Positions 35,943 to 45,438 of a stretch of 64,000 nt of DNA are shown piece after piece; position 1 is the first letter of the stretch, and each line of letters starts with the position of its first letter. The stretch is from contig JAUYCX010000049.1 of the NCBI GenBank assembly GCA_030692045.1, positions 106,643 to 170,642 on the forward strand. Direction: 5' to 3'. The position numbers and the translations under genes were made by a program. The stretch is from Candidatus Omnitrophota bacterium. GTDB lineage: Bacteria > Omnitrophota > Gorgyraeia > JAUYCX01. Under the pieces are notes generated by a model that saw nothing but the letters and a program-made list of their open reading frames with translations, had not been told where the DNA came from and ran no database searches.

Positions 35943-37811
35943 TTGAGAAAATTAATGGAAATCAAGAATAAAATTACTCTTGTCTTGGTTTTTATCTTAT
36001 TTTTTGGTTTTCTGCTACGTTTATGGGGTATAGGATTTGGTCTTCCTTATCTATCACATCCTGACGAAACAAGGGTTATTTTAGATACGCTTTCAATGGG
36101 CCATAGATTTAGTTTAATACCCCAGCGTCCGGATTATTCACTGCTTTATAGATATTTGCTTTTAGGATTATATGGTTGTTATTTTGTCGTGGGAAAATTG
36201 CTTGGCATATTTAGAGATTTGAATGATTTTGCATTTAAATTTATGGTTAATCCCACAGCCATCTATATTATTTCACGAATGGTTAGTGTAATCTTCGGAA
36301 CTCTAACTGGACTATTTTCTTATTTATTAGCAAAAAGGTTCTTTGATAAAACAACCGCTTTTGTAACAATGTTATTTGTTCTTTTTGAATTTCAGCTGCT
36401 TCAACATTCACAATGGGCAATATATCCAGCCGTATTTAGCTTTACTACATTGTTAGCTATTTATTCTATGTTTAGAGTTATTAAAGAACCTTCTTTAAAA
36501 AATTTTATTTTGATGGGAGTTTTTAATGGTATTTCGATTTCAACTCAGAATCATGGAATATTTTTACTGCCACCCCTAGCGATAACAGTTTTATTTCATT
36601 TTTTTGATAACAAAAATATTTTAGACAGAAAAGTTTTCTTTAAGAATTATTCTGCTTTAATTTTGAGTTTGGTAATTTTTAGTCTTTTAGGAAATTTTTA
36701 TTGGTTTTTTATCTTTAAAAAAACTTTTCTTAAATACTCTGAACTTATAGGAGTAACTAAGGTTGGCTTTGCCTCGAAGCCGCCTTATGCTAATAATATT
36801 TTCAGTTTGGTTTTTTGGTTTGTTAGTGAGCTTATAAGACAAGATGGGATCTTGGGAATTTTTTTAGTATTAGGTTTAATCTATTCAATAATTAAGCATA
36901 CTAAATTCGATATTGTTTTTTTAGCTTATGTAGTTACCAATTTATTTATATTCTCGGGTTGGGGTTTTAGGTTGCTACATGATATGTTAGGGGTAATGCC
37001 TATAATTTGTGTTTTTGGGGCTCGAGCGCTGGTTGACTTATTAAAAAAAATAAGATTTAAGGAGGCTTCGATAGGCATGGTCGCTTGTTTAATTTCCCTT
37101 CCATTGATATGCGATTCAGTTATTGTTGACATAAAAAAGAACAATCTTGATACAAGGCAACTAACAAAAGATTGGATTGAGCAAAATATTCCCAGTACCC
37201 AAAAGATAGCTATTGATTGGTACGTCTTTAGCGTAGCGTTAAATAGCGACATTCCATTGTATTTTAGAAATCCTGTTGCAAGAAAATATTATGAAGAGAA
37301 TATTCCTGATAAGATAAAAGAGTTATATGTTGATTATCTGAAAAATAAACCTGTTTATGACATAATCGAGATTATGGAATCAAGTGATAAGCCACACTGG
37401 CCTTCTGATATGCCACTTGAAGCCGTGAAAGAAGCTAATAGGCATGCCTTCTATAGAGACATATACAGCAAATTTAATTTTAGGTCTTTAGAATATCTCA
37501 AGAAAGAAAACGTTAAATATATCATTATTTCAAGTTACCTTTATGGCTTCTTTTTGTTAGATTCAGACTATAATAAAAGAGACCTCTTCAATCCCTTTAT
37601 AAAAGATAGGCCTTGGATAAATTTCAGTCAGTCAAACTATTATATAGATGATAAGAGATATGGATTATTATATTTTATAAGTCGAGATGCAAGAAATTTT
37701 TATCTTCCTCTTTTAAAAAATGAGCTTAAAGGCGTAGTCTTGATAAAAGAATTTAAACCGGATAACTGGCATTTAGGACCGATAATTAAAATTTATAAAG
37801 TAACACGATGA
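35943..37811 (+). CDS. GT-C glycosyltransferase, ArnT/PMT-like (GT39/GT83-type)
   Basis: 622 aa. GLPYLSHPDETRVILDTLSM follows the first helix and matches the PDETRY-type acidic loop motif of ArnT-like enzymes. There are about 11-13 TM helices and then a ~220-aa soluble C-terminal domain. TTG start at 35943 or ATG at 35955. Confidence 0.7.
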   Translation: MRKLMEIKNKITLVLVFILFFGFLLRLWGIGFGLPYLSHPDETRVILDTLSMGHRFSLIPQRPDYSLLYRYLLLGLYGCYFVVGKLLGIFRDLNDFAFKFMVNPTAIYIISRMVSVIFGTLTGLFSYLLAKRFFDKTTAFVTMLFVLFEFQLLQHSQWAIYPAVFSFTTLLAIYSMFRVIKEPSLKNFILMGVFNGISISTQNHGIFLLPPLAITVLFHFFDNKNILDRKVFFKNYSALILSLVIFSLLGNFYWFFIFKKTFLKYSELIGVTKVGFASKPPYANNIFSLVFWFVSELIRQDGILGIFLVLGLIYSIIKHTKFDIVFLAYVVTNLFIFSGWGFRLLHDMLGVMPIICVFGARALVDLLKKIRFKEASIGMVACLISLPLICDSVIVDIKKNNLDTRQLTKDWIEQNIPSTQKIAIDWYVFSVALNSDIPLYFRNPVARKYYEENIPDKIKELYVDYLKNKPVYDIIEIMESSDKPHWPSDMPLEAVKEANRHAFYRDIYSKFNFRSLEYLKKENVKYIIISSYLYGFFLLDSDYNKRDLFNPFIKDRPWINFSQSNYYIDDKRYGLLYFISRDARNFYLPLLKNELKGVVLIKEFKPDNWHLGPIIKIYKVTR

Positions 37812-38812
37812 ATCAATCCCCCTTAGTTAGTGTTATCATCACCAATTTTAATGGAATCAAATATTTGAGGAATTGTTTTGAATCGTTATATGCAGGTTCA
37901 TACAAGAATATAGAAATTATTTTTGTAGATAATGGCTCAGCAGATGGTAGTTTGGAATTTGTGCATCAGGCATTTAAAAATATAAAAACAATAGATAATA
38001 AAGACAATTTAGGCTTATCCATCGCCTCCAATAGGGGCGCAGAAATTGCAGATGGTAAATATTTGTTTTTTTATAATAATGATACGATTGCAGATACGGA
38101 TTTAATTAGTAATTTAGTGAAGGCTATGGAAAATGATTCTAAAATAGGTATTGCTGGTTGTAAAACTTATACTTATGATGGGAAGTATTTAATCAATGCT
38201 GGGGTTGCTTGCGATATTTTTGGTTATCCATATGGAAAGGGTAAGCCATTTTATGTGGATGCAGGAATTTTCATAAGAAAAGACTTATTTTATAAAATAG
38301 GCAAGTTTGATGAGAAGATGTTTCTTTATGGAGAAGACAGAGACATTTGTTGGAGGTGTTGGTTGTATGGGTATAAAGTTGCGGTAATTGAGAATGCAAA
38401 ATTTTTACATAACAGTGCCTGTATAACAAGGGATTTAAAGCAGTATCGTACTAATATAAATAAACGCTTTTGGGGAGAGCTTAATTCGTTGCGTTCAATA
38501 TTAAAGAATTATAGCGTTGGATTTATTTTTTTTATTTTATTACTTTTTATGCTGATGAATTTAGTCGAGATATTGGCATTTTTTATCAAAGGAAAATTTA
38601 AAATAATTAAGTATGTTTATATCAAATCTTATATTGAGAATCTAAAAAGCATAGAAGATACTTTAAGAAAAAGAAAAACGATTCAGCAAGAAAGAAGGGT
38701 TTCTGATTTTAAAATAGTCAATCATATGTCAAAAATTAGCGGCAAATTAAAATTATTTCTGGATATGGGGATACCGAAGTTTAGCGAAAATGTAAAATAC
38801 GGTAATGCTTAA
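37808..38812 (+). CDS. GT2 glycosyltransferase
   Basis: VSVIITNFNGIKYLRNCFESL .. EIIFVDNGSADGS .. FFYNNDT .. LYGEDRDICWR, with a C-terminal TM helix. ATGA overlap with the GT-C gene. Confidence 0.85.
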   Translation: MNQSPLVSVIITNFNGIKYLRNCFESLYAGSYKNIEIIFVDNGSADGSLEFVHQAFKNIKTIDNKDNLGLSIASNRGAEIADGKYLFFYNNDTIADTDLISNLVKAMENDSKIGIAGCKTYTYDGKYLINAGVACDIFGYPYGKGKPFYVDAGIFIRKDLFYKIGKFDEKMFLYGEDRDICWRCWLYGYKVAVIENAKFLHNSACITRDLKQYRTNINKRFWGELNSLRSILKNYSVGFIFFILLLFMLMNLVEILAFFIKGKFKIIKYVYIKSYIENLKSIEDTLRKRKTIQQERRVSDFKIVNHMSKISGKLKLFLDMGIPKFSENVKYGNA

Positions 38813-40019
38813 GAATAATTTATCAAAAAATGATGTATTATTATGCGGGCTTGCCTTTACCAGCAGGACAGAAACCTTAGAGGAATACCTTAAAGATAAG
38901 GTAAGGTCGTTGACGGTAGTCGCAATTTCCAGCTGTTTTTTAAAAGAGAATTTAAGTTATTGCCGGGTATATGAAAATGGTATTTTGGCCGATAAATTCA
39001 AGATACCCAATCTTCGAATTAAGGATTATAAATGGTACCGTCAGCCGTTAATTTTGTTAGTGTTTATTATAAACTGGTTATCAATTGCTCTCGTTGTCTT
39101 GAAGCTTAAAAAAAGGTTTGATTTGTGTATAGGCATATCTCATTCTTTTACTTTTATGGGAGTGATATTCAAAAAGTTTAGAATAGTAAGAAAACTCTTA
39201 TATTATTGCATCGATTACTATATACCACAGGACAAGATTAATTTTAATTCCTTATTTGTGAGGATGATAAATTTTATAGAACGCTTTATAGTAAAGAATT
39301 CAGATTACGTATGGGATATTTCTCCAAACATTGCTGAATACAGGGCAAAAGTTGGCGGAGTTAAAAAATTCTCTTATAAAAATATGATTGTCCCTTTAGG
39401 ATATGCAAGTCATTTAAAGAGGTTCGAGTCTATAGAAAATATTAACCGTTGGGATATAGGTTTTGTCGGTACCATTACTGTCAGCCAAGGATTACAGCTT
39501 TTAATAGAGTCATTACCGGATATTGTGAAGGAATTTCCTTTGGTTAGAGTAAAAATTATTGGAGATGGCCCTTTTTTAAAAGAATTGAAAGCAAATGTTC
39601 ATCAAAGAGGATTGAAGGATTATTTTAATTTTCTTGGTTTTATAAAAGAAGAAAAAAAGATGCTTGATATACTTTCTAAGTGTGCAATTGGAGTAGCGCT
39701 GTGGAATCATTCAATTGACGATAAGAATATTATTTGTGCCGATCCTGGTAAAACTAAATTATATGCTTTGTGTGGATTGCCGATGATTGTAACTAAAGTT
39801 GCCTCTATTGCTGATGAGGTTAAAAGGCGAAAAGCGGGATTAGTTATTGAGTATGATCTTAAAGCATTGATTGAGGCATTCGATTATTTATTAAAGAGTG
39901 ATGAGACTCTACGTTTATATAGAGAGAATGCTGCATCCCTTGGTAGGAAATACACATCAGAGCATATCTTTGATTGCGCATTTAAAGAAGCATTTAATAT
40001 TTTTAACATTTTAGAATAA
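38805..40019 (+). CDS. GT-B fold glycosyltransferase (GT4-like)
   Basis: 404 aa. GFVGTITVSQGLQLLIESLPDIV..VRVKIIGDGP and ADPGKTKLYALCGLPMIVTK resemble the GT4 C-terminal domain. The N-terminal half is divergent and includes a hydrophobic segment. Confidence 0.6.
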   Translation: MLKNNLSKNDVLLCGLAFTSRTETLEEYLKDKVRSLTVVAISSCFLKENLSYCRVYENGILADKFKIPNLRIKDYKWYRQPLILLVFIINWLSIALVVLKLKKRFDLCIGISHSFTFMGVIFKKFRIVRKLLYYCIDYYIPQDKINFNSLFVRMINFIERFIVKNSDYVWDISPNIAEYRAKVGGVKKFSYKNMIVPLGYASHLKRFESIENINRWDIGFVGTITVSQGLQLLIESLPDIVKEFPLVRVKIIGDGPFLKELKANVHQRGLKDYFNFLGFIKEEKKMLDILSKCAIGVALWNHSIDDKNIICADPGKTKLYALCGLPMIVTKVASIADEVKRRKAGLVIEYDLKALIEAFDYLLKSDETLRLYRENAASLGRKYTSEHIFDCAFKEAFNIFNILE

Positions 40020-40028
40020 GAATATTTT

Positions 40029-40730
40029 ATGAGAGATAAAGGATTGATGTTTGATATTAATGTATCTGCCTTACAAGAGTTTATTACTGAACCTTGGAAG
40101 CACGGTCCCCATTTTAAGGCTTTAAAATATATTCTATCTGATTCCAAAGTCTTAGATGTTGGTTGCTCGAAGGGTTATATAGCAGATTTGCTTAAGTTTA
40201 AGAAATGTTATGTAGTGGGAATAGAAAAAGATAAACCTACATCTAATATAGCGAGAAAATATTGTAATGAAGTAATCACAACCGATATTGAAAATTTTGC
40301 TGAATTGCCCTATCCTGATGGTTTTTTTGATTTTATTTTATGTTTAGATGTGTTGGAACATATCGCAAGGCCGGATATTATTTTAGATAAATTGAGAAAC
40401 TATTTATCAAATAATGGTAGTATTATAGTTTCATTACCCAATATAGCCCGTTTTGAAAATCGTCTAAAATTACTTTTTGGAAAGTTTGATTATAACGAAA
40501 AAGCAAGCGCCTTTAATAAGGGTCATCTTAGATTCTTCACTTTAAAGACCGCAAAAGACTTAGTCCAATCTGCTGGTTTTAGAATTATAAAGATTGAGTA
40601 TACAGGCTTATGTTCGATTGTAAAGGTTTTTCCCGCGTTAACTGCTTTTCAATTTTTATTAGTAGCAAAGAAAAATATTTTATTTGAGTGTACTAAGAAA
40701 GACAAGAAGGAGATATCGTGGACGAGATAA
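40029..40730 (+). CDS. Class I SAM-dependent methyltransferase
   Basis: Motif I is KVLDVGCSKGYIADLL. The post-I and motif II regions are VVGIEKD and FDFILCLDVLEHIARPD. 233 aa. Confidence 0.8.
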   Translation: MRDKGLMFDINVSALQEFITEPWKHGPHFKALKYILSDSKVLDVGCSKGYIADLLKFKKCYVVGIEKDKPTSNIARKYCNEVITTDIENFAELPYPDGFFDFILCLDVLEHIARPDIILDKLRNYLSNNGSIIVSLPNIARFENRLKLLFGKFDYNEKASAFNKGHLRFFTLKTAKDLVQSAGFRIIKIEYTGLCSIVKVFPALTAFQFLLVAKKNILFECTKKDKKEISWTR

Positions 40731-41686
40731 CTAATAAAGTAAAAAAAATGTATGAATCGTATCCATTTCCTAGTTGTAATATGATTAATGTTGCATACGG
40801 CAATCGTGTTAAGGATGATTTAAGTAAAAGAGGATATGTTGTTAATAAACTAAAAATTTTAGAAGCTGGCTGCGGAACAGGAGAAAAGGCAATTTCTTTA
40901 GCCAAGGTTTTCTGTGACTCTGAAGTGATAGGCTGGGATGTTTCTAAGGTGAGCGTAGAAAAAGCTGATCAGCTGGCAAAAAAAGAAAAAGTCAATAATA
41001 TGAAATTTGAAAATGTCGATTTGTTAAATGTAGATTTATACAAATATGAGGGATATTTTGATTTAATTATTTCTTGGGGCGTAATTCATCATCTGTCAGA
41101 TACTGTTAAGGGATTAGAAAATTTAGGGTTATGTTTAAAGCCAACTGGATTGATTTATGTTTGGGTATATGCCTTGCATTCTTTGCAAAGAATAGAAACT
41201 CGACTCTGTAGAGAGACGATTAAAATTTTACTTAAAAAAGATGGATTCTCTTACGAAAAAGGTATCAAGATTGCCAATGCCATAAAAGGACTTTTGAAGA
41301 CCCTTAACTATTCTGGCAAGAAAGATTTTCTAATGCGCTTAAAATGGTTTTTTAATAAAGATGTAAACAAGAAACAAGTGATTTTACATATTTTAAAGAA
41401 TATACGAAAAATAAAACTTAGCTTAGATTATGATGCAAATATAGTGGATGCCTTTTTACATGCGAATGAAAAGGATTATAGTGTAAGAATGGTCTTTGAT
41501 GAAGCAGAAAAAGCTGGTCTTGAGGTAGTTGATTTTATTGAACCTACTTCAAAAATAGAGGACTTTGTAAAATCTGATTTCGTTAGGAGGCTTTACTATG
41601 GTCTAGATTTAATTGATAGATTAGAAGTTATGGAGCGTATAGTTAATCCCGGAAATCTCATATTTTTAGCAAAAAGAAAAATATAA
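40718..41686 (+). CDS. Class I SAM-dependent methyltransferase
   Basis: GTG start 6 nt after an AAGGAG SD. Motif I is KILEAGCGTGEKAISLA, followed by VIGWDVS and FDLIISWGVIHHLSD. 322 aa with a C-terminal extension. Confidence 0.8.
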   Translation: MDEITNKVKKMYESYPFPSCNMINVAYGNRVKDDLSKRGYVVNKLKILEAGCGTGEKAISLAKVFCDSEVIGWDVSKVSVEKADQLAKKEKVNNMKFENVDLLNVDLYKYEGYFDLIISWGVIHHLSDTVKGLENLGLCLKPTGLIYVWVYALHSLQRIETRLCRETIKILLKKDGFSYEKGIKIANAIKGLLKTLNYSGKKDFLMRLKWFFNKDVNKKQVILHILKNIRKIKLSLDYDANIVDAFLHANEKDYSVRMVFDEAEKAGLEVVDFIEPTSKIEDFVKSDFVRRLYYGLDLIDRLEVMERIVNPGNLIFLAKRKI

Positions 41687-43600
41687 ATGTGTGGAATTTG
41701 TGGATTTATAGGTTTTAAAGACGAAAAGCTTCTTAAGGAGATGACAGATACAATTTCCCATCGTGGTTTGGATGATGAGGGATATTATTCAACGGATGAG
41801 ATAAATTTAGGTTTTAGGCGTCTAAGTATTATAGATTTAAAAGGTGGTAATCAACCTCTTTGTAATGAAGAAAAAAGTATTTGGAGTGTTTGCAATGGTG
41901 AAATATATAATTTTAAAGAAATAAAAGAAGAACTGATTAAATATGGTCATATTTTTAATACTGATACAGACACAGAAATTTTACCACATTGTTATGAACA
42001 GTGGGGGATAGATTTTGTAACTCGAATTAATGGTATGTTTGCTTTTGCTCTTTGGGATGGAAATATAAAGAAATTATTTTTAGTGAGAGATAGATTAGGC
42101 ATAAGGCCTTTGCATTATACATTTGATGACAGAAAGTTGGTGTTTGCTTCTGAAGTGAAGGCAATTTTGAAATACGATAATTTTAGAAAAGAATTAGACT
42201 ATAATGCTATAGATGATTTTTTAACTTTTCGTTATATCCCTGGAGATGTGACATTCTTTAAAAATATAAAGATTTTAGAACCGGCACATATATTAATTTA
42301 TCATAACGGTGCAATTGATATTAAGAAATACTGGGATATTACGATGGAAGAAGACTTTAGTATTCAAAGACAAGAATACATTCAGCGCTTTTCTTCTCTG
42401 TTGGATTCTTCTGTAAAAAGATGTCTTTTAAGTGATGTGCCTTTGGGTGTTTATTTAAGCGGAGGATTAGATTCTTCTGTGATAGCAGGCCTTGTAAAAA
42501 AGAATTATGGAGAAGATTTGGTAGTTTTTTCTCATGGATTTGATGGAGAGGAAGATGAGTTAAGATTTGCTAGAAAAGTTGCCAAATTCTTAAATGCAAA
42601 AAATTATGAAATATTTATCGAGGAGAAACATTTAGAGTTATTGCCTGATATTATCTATCATTTGGATATGCCAATTGCCAATTCTGATATTATCGGATTT
42701 TTTCTTTTGGCAGGATTAGCGCAAAAACATGTCAAGGTTATCCTTACAGGAGAAGGTTCCGATGAATTATTCGGTAGTTACGTACATCAAGAGATGCTTT
42801 ATTATGGATACAAGTTAAAGCGGTTGTTGCCTAAAAATGTGATTAAAAATGTATTACCTTGGTTTATTAAGCAAAGCCCTTTATGGTTAATAAATAAATT
42901 CTTTCGATATCCAGGATATTCTTTAGATAATGAGTCGCGTCTTAAGTTATTAGATTATTTCGAATCTTCAAATTTGGCTTCAGACTATTTCTGTATAAAT
43001 TCTCTTTTTAATCAGAGGCAGAAAGAAAGTTTATATTCAGATGATTTTAAAAATAAAGTGAAATATTCTAACTCTCCAGCAAAAAAAGTTTTGCAAGATA
43101 TACTTTACGATGAAAACATAAAACATATTTTTAACCGCTTAATTTATCTTGAATTTAAATATTGGCTGCCTACTTATCATTTGATGAAAGAAGATAAGAT
43201 TGCCATGTCATTTTGCTTAGAATCTCGTTATCCCTATTTAGACCATGAGATTGTTGAATTTATGGGAAGTCTGCCTGTTAGTTTAAAGAAAAAGGGTCTG
43301 AAGAGAAAATATCTCTTAAGAAAGATATCAAAAAATTTGGTGCCGGAAGAGATTAGAAATCGGCCAAAAGGACCCATACTGGTTCCTATTAATAAATGCT
43401 TTGACAAATCTTTTGAGCAAAAGTTAAGAGAATTATTTACGCCTGAAAAAGTAAAAAAAAGAGGAATTTTTCATTATGAATATTTAAAAAATCTAATCAA
43501 TAATCGAAAACAAAATCCTTTTTTATATGATCGGCAATTATTCGCATTACTTACTTTGGAAATTTGGTTTAATCTTTTTGTAGACAAAAATGGAAGATAA
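41687..43600 (+). CDS. Asparagine synthase-family glutamine amidotransferase (AsnB-like, copy 2)
   Basis: 637 aa. MCGICGF supplies the Cys2 nucleophile and YLSGGLDSSVIA is the PP-loop. The ATG directly abuts the upstream stop. Confidence 0.9.
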   Translation: MCGICGFIGFKDEKLLKEMTDTISHRGLDDEGYYSTDEINLGFRRLSIIDLKGGNQPLCNEEKSIWSVCNGEIYNFKEIKEELIKYGHIFNTDTDTEILPHCYEQWGIDFVTRINGMFAFALWDGNIKKLFLVRDRLGIRPLHYTFDDRKLVFASEVKAILKYDNFRKELDYNAIDDFLTFRYIPGDVTFFKNIKILEPAHILIYHNGAIDIKKYWDITMEEDFSIQRQEYIQRFSSLLDSSVKRCLLSDVPLGVYLSGGLDSSVIAGLVKKNYGEDLVVFSHGFDGEEDELRFARKVAKFLNAKNYEIFIEEKHLELLPDIIYHLDMPIANSDIIGFFLLAGLAQKHVKVILTGEGSDELFGSYVHQEMLYYGYKLKRLLPKNVIKNVLPWFIKQSPLWLINKFFRYPGYSLDNESRLKLLDYFESSNLASDYFCINSLFNQRQKESLYSDDFKNKVKYSNSPAKKVLQDILYDENIKHIFNRLIYLEFKYWLPTYHLMKEDKIAMSFCLESRYPYLDHEIVEFMGSLPVSLKKKGLKRKYLLRKISKNLVPEEIRNRPKGPILVPINKCFDKSFEQKLRELFTPEKVKKRGIFHYEYLKNLINNRKQNPFLYDRQLFALLTLEIWFNLFVDKNGR

Positions 43601-44654
43601 TTTCTGGAAGAATAAAAAAGTTTTAATAACCGGCGGAACGGGATTTTTGGGAAAACATCTTGCAGATGCCTTGTTAAAAAAAGATGCCATTTTACGTATT
43701 TTAGATTTTCGTAAACCTGTTGAAGAAATTAAAGGAATTGAATTTTTTGAAGCTGATATTAGAGATAAGAATAAGATAAATGAACTTTGTAGGGGCTCTG
43801 ACCTAATATTTCATTTGGCTGCTATGCCCTCAATTGCAAAGGGAAAATTTAAACAGTATTATGAGGTTAATGTTTTGGGAACCAACAATATTCTTGAAGG
43901 TGCACATAATTATGGAATAAAAAAGGTCGTACATGTATCAAGCAGCACAGTTTATGGTATGCCTCGTGAGTTTCCTTTAAAAGAAACCAGCCCTACACAA
44001 CCGCTGGGAAAATATAGCAGCACTAAATTAGAAGCAGAACGACTTTGCAATGAGTTTATGAATAAAGGAATAAGTATCTCAATTATTCGCCCACGGGTTA
44101 TTATCGGTCCTGGGCGTATCGGCATTTTTAGTATTCTGTTTGAGCGTATCATAAACAACAAGCCAGTGTATATTTTGGGGAAAGGGGATAATGTATTTCA
44201 GTTTACGAATGTATTTGATATGGCATCGGCATGTATTAAAGCAGCAGAATATGAAAAATCAGATTTATTCAATATTGGCTGCGAGGAAGTTTCGCCTGTT
44301 AAAGAAGAATTGAAAGGTTTGATAAGTTATGCAAAAAGTAGTTCGCAAATTATTTCTCTTCCAGCAAACTTGACAAAGGCAGGTCTTTGGGCACTATCTT
44401 TTCTTGGTATGTCTCCTTTGGTAGAGGAACAATTTATGATTGCGGATAAAAATTTTAAACTCGACACAACATACGCAAAAGAGAAATTGGACTGGTTTCC
44501 GATATATAGTAATTTGGATTCGTTAATTCAGGCATATGATTGGTATGCAAAGAATGAAAATTTAGCATCGAGACAGTATAAAAGTTTATTTAGCGTGCTG
44601 GGAAAATTTAGGCATAGCCACTTGGGCGGTTTTCAAAATCAAAAACGTGGATAA
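43590..44654 (+). CDS. Extended SDR NAD-dependent epimerase/dehydratase (3beta-HSD-like)
   Basis: KKVLITGGTGFLGKHLADALL and YSSTKLEAE (YxxxK). 354 aa. Overlaps the upstream gene by 11 nt. Confidence 0.75.
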   Translation: MEDNFWKNKKVLITGGTGFLGKHLADALLKKDAILRILDFRKPVEEIKGIEFFEADIRDKNKINELCRGSDLIFHLAAMPSIAKGKFKQYYEVNVLGTNNILEGAHNYGIKKVVHVSSSTVYGMPREFPLKETSPTQPLGKYSSTKLEAERLCNEFMNKGISISIIRPRVIIGPGRIGIFSILFERIINNKPVYILGKGDNVFQFTNVFDMASACIKAAEYEKSDLFNIGCEEVSPVKEELKGLISYAKSSSQIISLPANLTKAGLWALSFLGMSPLVEEQFMIADKNFKLDTTYAKEKLDWFPIYSNLDSLIQAYDWYAKNENLASRQYKSLFSVLGKFRHSHLGGFQNQKRG

Positions 44655-45438
44655 TAAAGATTCTAAATTTAAAAAAGAAATACAAAATTATTGGACTAAA
44701 AATGTTCCTGGATTGGAGATTACCTCCCGCAAATTTAAGACAGATGAAAAGGAGTTTTATATAGATGTTGATAACTTCCGTTATAAATATGATTCCTACG
44801 TTATTCCTTTAATTGATTCCTTTACAAAAGCAGGAAGTTGCATTTTAGAAATTGGTTGTGGTTTGGGCTCTGACAGCCGTTATATGGCTAAAAAGGAAGC
44901 CAATGTTATAAGCCTTGATTTATCTTGGCAAAATGTTTTTTTTACTTTGAAAGGACTGAGTTTATTAAATTTAGATGGTAATGGCATTTGCGCTGACGCA
45001 GAAAATTTACCCTTTAAAGACAGTACCTTTGATGTGGTTTACTCGTTCGGAGTTTTGCATCATACGCCAAATACAGAAAAAGCAATCGAAGATATTTATA
45101 GAGTGCTAAAGCCAAATGGAAAATGCACAATAATGCTTTATCATAAAGGTTATGCTTATTATCTACTTTTGTTGTTGCATGGGTATAAGCAACTTTTAGG
45201 GATTTATAATAAAGAAAAATTGATGAGTGAATATGACCATACACCACTTTCAAAATTATATTCCAAAAAAGAAATAAATTTATTATTTCGGAAATTTAAA
45301 GATTTAAATTTAGAGATTACAACTTATGGGGGAATACAGGCGCATCCTTTCTTAAAATTTATCTACAAGTTATTTAGACATAATGAATTTTTGCTGCGTA
45401 ATTTTGGTTCTTTCGTTATCGTTAAATGCAGAAAATGA
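44647..45438 (+). CDS. Class I SAM-dependent methyltransferase
   Basis: GTG start. Motif I is ILEIGCGLGSDSRYMA, followed by VISLDLS and FDVVYSFGVLHHTPN. Confidence 0.8.
   Translation: MDNKDSKFKKEIQNYWTKNVPGLEITSRKFKTDEKEFYIDVDNFRYKYDSYVIPLIDSFTKAGSCILEIGCGLGSDSRYMAKKEANVISLDLSWQNVFFTLKGLSLLNLDGNGICADAENLPFKDSTFDVVYSFGVLHHTPNTEKAIEDIYRVLKPNGKCTIMLYHKGYAYYLLLLLHGYKQLLGIYNKEKLMSEYDHTPLSKLYSKKEINLLFRKFKDLNLEITTYGGIQAHPFLKFIYKLFRHNEFLLRNFGSFVIVKCRK

Noticed and set aside
41687-43600. Reading the AsnB homologues plus radical SAM genes as a lasso-peptide or other RiPP cluster.
   Set aside because: Both AsnB proteins retain the Cys2 glutaminase nucleophile, which lasso cyclases lack. I saw no precursor peptide, transglutaminase-like protease, RRE/PqqD or ABC exporter gene. 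Every neighbouring gene is glycan-related.
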